Source of the DNA: an uncultured Veillonellaceae bacterium
GTDB lineage: Bacteria > Bacillota > Negativicutes > JARBTT01
NCBI GenBank assembly: GCA_963805085.1
Contig: CAWDTA010000002.1
Location: forward strand, 32,001 to 96,000
Length of the DNA: 64,000 nucleotides
Direction of reading: 5' to 3'
Below are positions 59,991 through 64,000 of the stretch, piece by piece (within the stretch, counting starts at the first letter, position 1; each line of letters starts with the position of its first letter). The notes below the pieces were generated by a model that ran no database searches, was not told the DNA's origin, and saw only the letters and a program-made list of their open reading frames with translations. A program made the translations under genes and the position numbers.

Positions 59991-61055
59991 TTAGTCTGTA
60001 ACGACTTCTTTCTTATTGATGTTTTTTCTTATAAGTGAACCCTTTTTAAGAAATGGTTTTTCTAGGAGGCTCCAAGAAAAAAACGACAACATAAGAACAA
60101 AGATGATAATACTAATTAAACTTAAATATGGTGCTATTTGAAATAAGTTAAAGGAAATGACCATCTGAATTATTGGAAAGTGATATAAATATGTTCCATA
60201 AGATAAATCTCCGTATTTTCTGACAAAACTTATATCTTGAATACAAAATGCAAAATATATTACTAAGATTGCCAAACCTATAGGTTCAATAAAACTCACC
60301 CCATAGTTATTGGATCCTATAATATATGCTATGAGTCCAAAGATTAATATTCTTTGACGATATCTAAAAAAAGTATCAAAAAAATAATATAGTAATGCAC
60401 CAGAAAGAAAATAGGATAGTTGACCAGGCAACTGTCTTGCCAATTCTGCGTAAAAGTTTCTTCCCGTTACTTCCGCAAGATGCAAGAAATATAGTGAATA
60501 TATACAAGAAGCTACATAGATAAATATAATTACAGCGGCCTTATTATATCTACGCATAAAATATGTCAGCATCGGTACAATACAATAAAACATCACTTCA
60601 ATTTTAATTGTCCAAAGAGCACCATTTACAACTGGCATAACCTGATTATTCAAAAATACTCCAGGAAGAGTTGGTTGTAGCATATTCAAAAAAAACAAAT
60701 TTGCACTAAGATATTTGATAAAGCCGAAAGAAAAATACTGTTCAATAGATAACTTGGAAAAAAACACACCTAATATTGCACAAGTAACAACAACCATAAA
60801 ATAGGCTGGATATATTCTGCGAAATCGTTTGGAAAAGTATTCTTTCAAAGAAGCTGAATTTTCATAGCTCATAAAAATCAGAAATCCACTTATAATAAAA
60901 AATCCATCTACTGCCACCCTTGAATTCAAAAACTTAGGAATAAATTCTAGCTTTGTACTTAAACTTAATTCGTACATATGAACCATAACTACCGTAAGTG
61001 CAAAAAATAAACGTAGTATGTCAAAATTATTTTTACGAGGGATTATTATATTCAT
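59991..61055 (-). CDS. Acyltransferase family 3 membrane protein
   Basis: NNFDILR...A..V, FFIISGFLI, RFRRIYP, NGALWTI..E, DLSYG.YL.HFP, SW.L.EKP. Confidence 0.88.
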   Translation of the reverse strand: MNIIIPRKNNFDILRLFFALTVVMVHMYELSLSTKLEFIPKFLNSRVAVDGFFIISGFLIFMSYENSASLKEYFSKRFRRIYPAYFMVVVTCAILGVFFSKLSIEQYFSFGFIKYLSANLFFLNMLQPTLPGVFLNNQVMPVVNGALWTIKIEVMFYCIVPMLTYFMRRYNKAAVIIFIYVASCIYSLYFLHLAEVTGRNFYAELARQLPGQLSYFLSGALLYYFFDTFFRYRQRILIFGLIAYIIGSNNYGVSFIEPIGLAILVIYFAFCIQDISFVRKYGDLSYGTYLYHFPIIQMVISFNLFQIAPYLSLISIIIFVLMLSFFSWSLLEKPFLKKGSLIRKNINKKEVVTD

Positions 61056-61086
61056 AAGAGCACCTTTCCTCTAAAATTATATAAAT

Positions 61087-62300
61087 CTAACTAAACTGCT
61101 TCATATATAATTCAAAATAAAGACCTTTTTTCGCTATCAATTCATCATGTGTTCCGTATTCCATCATTCGTCCTCGATCTAGTACAATAATCTGGTCGCA
61201 GTTTCTAACAGTTGATAACCGATGCGCTATCATTATCATTGTCCGACCAGTAGAAATCTCACCTATATTATCCATAATGATGCGTTCTGATTCATAATCT
61301 AAAGCACTCGTTGCCTCATCAAATATGATGATACGAGGATCGACCATAAGTGCTCTCGCAATAGCAATTCTTTGCCTTTGCCCGCCTGAAAGCATAGCCC
61401 CACGCTCTCCCACAACCGTATCATAGCCCTCAGGTAATTCCCTAATAAAAATATCTGCACCACTAATAGTTGCGGCTTTTATAATTTCTTCCATAGATGC
61501 ATCAAATCTAGCCGCCGCAATATTATCTTTTATTGTACCATTAAATAAAAAATTTTCCTGCAGAACAACACCAATTTGTCGTCTAAGCCAAGCTGGTTCA
61601 ACTTGCACTAGATCGACTCCATCAATTAATATCCTACCGGATTCCGGAACATAAAGTCTTTGAATCATTTTGGTAAGCGTACTTTTCCCAGAACCAGACC
61701 TTCCTACAATTCCAACCTTTGTGCCAGCCTTGATTCGCATACTTAGCTGATTAATGACTTCTGCAGAATCCTGACGATAACGAAATAATACTCTGTCAAG
61801 CACTATATCACCACGCAATGTTGGCAATGTTGTACGGTTGGGATTAAACATCGGTTCAGTATTTTCATCTAAAATATCACCTAGTCTGTTTACAGAGACC
61901 ATGACCTGCTGAAAATTTTGCCAAGTATTTACCAATCGCAATACCGGCGCAATCACTTGCCCAGACATCATCTGAAAAGCAATGAGTTCACCGATGCTTA
62001 ATTTCCCCTGCATTACCTGCTCTGACCCAAACCATAAAATTAATAAAATGAAACATTGTTGAATCAAGGTTCCAACATTATCCGCGATATTGCTAATGTT
62101 CGCCGTAGCAAAAGATGCCTTAGCATACTTCACCAATAGTTGTTCCCACCTTTGCAACATGTGATGTTCTGCTGCAAAGGATTTCATTGTTTGTATTCCT
62201 GTAACCGCCTCAATGAGAAAAGTTTGATTTTCCGTACCAGCAATAAATTTATCTTGTAAATACTTACGATAGCTAGGTGTAATCAAAAGGCTGAGGAGGA
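61087..62300 (-). pseudogene. 3' part of a HlyB-like type I secretion ABC transporter, interrupted by IS21
   Basis: GRSGSGKST, PAWLRRQIGVVLQE, LSGGQRQR, FDEATSALD; N-terminal half missing, and the ORF-track start lies inside the IS end. Confidence 0.85.
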
Positions 62301-62420
62301 TATAAACGCTAATATATAAGTGAGCCACTAAAGCATAAAATGCTCACGAAAAAATGAGCCACCTTAAATAAAATAACCTTTAAAATAGACTTAATGAAGT
62401 TTATTTTGGAGGGATAAAAG

Positions 62421-63854
62421 GTGGTAATCACATTGGAAGACTATGCTGAAATACGCAGGCTTTTTAATTCCGGTATCAGCAAACGCGCCATCGCCAGAAA
62501 GCTTGGTATATCCAGAAATACAGTAGATAAATATTGCCAAGGCGATACGGTTCCGTGGAACAGAAAAATATACACTCGTCAGTCTTCAATCATCAGTGAT
62601 GAAGTAATGGATTTCATTCGCCAATGCTTAGAAGATGATGAACGCGAAGGCATTCGTAAACAGAAGCATACCGCCAAGCGAATATTTGATCGTCTAGTTG
62701 ATGAATGTAACTTTACCGGCGGTGAAAGCACTGTTCGGCGAACTGTCAATCAGCTAAAAGTGCAGGTGCAAAAGCCTTTTATTCCCCTAGAATTTGCTCC
62801 TGGTGAGGCACTTCAAATTGATTGGGGTATTGCTAAAATATATTTAAATGGGCACAAAATGGACATAAATTTGTTTTGTGCTAGACTCTGTTCCAGTGAT
62901 GCGCCTAGCGTTTTTGCTTTTGAAAGGCAAAATGAAGAAAGTTTTCTTGAAGCTTTGGTACGTACCTTCCAGTATTTTGGCGGAATTGCCAGACGTGTAT
63001 TCTTTGATAATGCAAAAGTAGCTGTAAAAGAAGGATTTGGCTCACGTGCTATTAAACAAGCCCGGTATGCAGCTCTTGCAGCGCATTATGGATTTGAAAC
63101 TGTTTTTTGCAATCCAGCGGAAGGGCACGAAAAAGGTTTAGTTGAAGGACTAGTCGGCTGGGCTAGGCGCAACATCTTAGTGCCCATTCCAAAAGTTGAA
63201 AGCCTTGGAGAATTAGATGCTCTGCTCTTAGAGCGGTGTAATACATACCTGAATCACACAGTTAGAGGCAAAACGTCCAATGTTGGAAAGTTGCTTGCAT
63301 TTGAAAAGAATGCGCTGCTGAAAATGCCAAGTTATGTATTTGATACAAGCCGCAGTATTACTACAAATGTAGATAGTTATTGTACTGTTCGTTTTGACAC
63401 GAATAACTATTCTGTACCAATCTCCCATTGCGGTCACGAAGTGGCGGTAAAAGGTTATGGTACAAAAGTTGTAATCTACTACCACAATGCAGTGATTGCC
63501 AAACACAACCGCTGTTATGGCAAGAAACAAACAATTTATGAACTAGCTCATTATCTTCCTCTTCTGGAGAGAAGACCACGTTCTATCTTAAATGCAAAAC
63601 CAGTAAGACATGCTTTACCACAGGATATATTGGAATGGTTAGCTAGTTTACCAGTAAAAGAAATTATGAAAGCATTAAATCTTTGTGTTGAGCTTGGCGT
63701 AAATGCGATTGTAGACGCCAAACGCCAAGGGATACCGCTTGATGCTGTATGCACTAAAAGAGAACCAGCAACTACGATCATTGATAAAATCACCGTGAAA
63801 CCAACGGATTTATCATTGTATGATCGTTTGTTAAGAACAGAGGCTGCCTTATGA
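62421..63854 (+). CDS. istA: IS21 transposase
   Basis: HTH (ISKRAIARKLGISRNTV), PGEALQIDWG, FDN.K, EKGLVE, FDTNNYSVP. Confidence 0.93.
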   Translation: MVITLEDYAEIRRLFNSGISKRAIARKLGISRNTVDKYCQGDTVPWNRKIYTRQSSIISDEVMDFIRQCLEDDEREGIRKQKHTAKRIFDRLVDECNFTGGESTVRRTVNQLKVQVQKPFIPLEFAPGEALQIDWGIAKIYLNGHKMDINLFCARLCSSDAPSVFAFERQNEESFLEALVRTFQYFGGIARRVFFDNAKVAVKEGFGSRAIKQARYAALAAHYGFETVFCNPAEGHEKGLVEGLVGWARRNILVPIPKVESLGELDALLLERCNTYLNHTVRGKTSNVGKLLAFEKNALLKMPSYVFDTSRSITTNVDSYCTVRFDTNNYSVPISHCGHEVAVKGYGTKVVIYYHNAVIAKHNRCYGKKQTIYELAHYLPLLERRPRSILNAKPVRHALPQDILEWLASLPVKEIMKALNLCVELGVNAIVDAKRQGIPLDAVCTKREPATTIIDKITVKPTDLSLYDRLLRTEAAL

Positions 63855-64000
63855 ATAGTACAATTCATGAGAGCATTAAACTATATGCCAAGCTATTAAA
63901 ATTGCCCAGTTTTACGCAATATCAAGATGTGATTCGTCAGCTAAAACCCAATATGGGATTAGATGAAATGCTCTTGGAACTTATGAAAAAAGAATACCAT
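63851..64000 (+). CDS. istB: IS21 helper ATPase (5' part)
   Basis: ATGA overlap with the istA stop; MNSTIHESIKLYAKLLKLPSF..., open to the window end. Confidence 0.8.
   Translation, partial: MNSTIHESIKLYAKLLKLPSFTQYQDVIRQLKPNMGLDEMLLELMKKEYH

Larger units (their letters stand above)
62301..64000 (+). mobile_element. IS21-family insertion sequence (right end outside the window)
   Basis: Left end tataaacgctaatatataagtgagccac with the subterminal repeat aaatgagccac; istA-istB pair. Confidence 0.88.

Noticed and set aside
397-63868. Numerous short antisense or overlapping ORFs in the track (e.g. 14134-14577, 38039-38584, 63551-63868)
   Set aside because: Shadow ORFs opposite well-supported genes, with no RBS or motifs

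Overview
Chromosomal segment of a low-GC, probably spore-forming diderm Firmicute (Negativicutes, Selenomonadales/Sporomusaceae-like). This is inferred from an outer-membrane secretin and a Wza-type exporter occurring alongside Gram-positive-type CpsBCD, FakAB, an ArsAB-type CobT and sigma-K-like promoters. 1-22.3 kb: minus-strand Wzx/Wzy-dependent capsule/EPS locus (bacillosamine-type initiation, HexNAcA and 6-deoxy-L-HexNAc pathways, glycosyl- and acyltransferases, Wza/CpsBCD), headed by an orphan NarL-type regulator whose promoter/operator is duplicated upstream of the operon. The locus is bounded by an internally deleted IS1182-like element fused to an orphan 3' fragment of tex. 23-48 kb: collagen-like protein, yybP-ykoY riboswitch plus TMEM165 exporter, a fused two-domain ArsA-ArsB (CobT) gene, fakAB, an FtsA-like ATPase with ubiquitin-like repeats, a sirC(frameshifted)-hemA-hemC-cobA/hemD-hemB-hemL operon, secretin, pgi, galU and a phosphohexomutase. 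48-64 kb: acyltransferases, the kdgR-kdgK-kduI-kduD-kdgT-eda operon, two heptad-repeat coiled-coil paralogs, manC, and a type I secretion ABC gene interrupted by an IS21 element. Two families of dispersed structured non-coding repeats (two copies each) and a 51-bp IS3-type mini-element inside a terminator were read directly from the sequence. No rRNA, tRNA or CRISPR array was seen. Family assignments come from motif recognition only; no database search was run.
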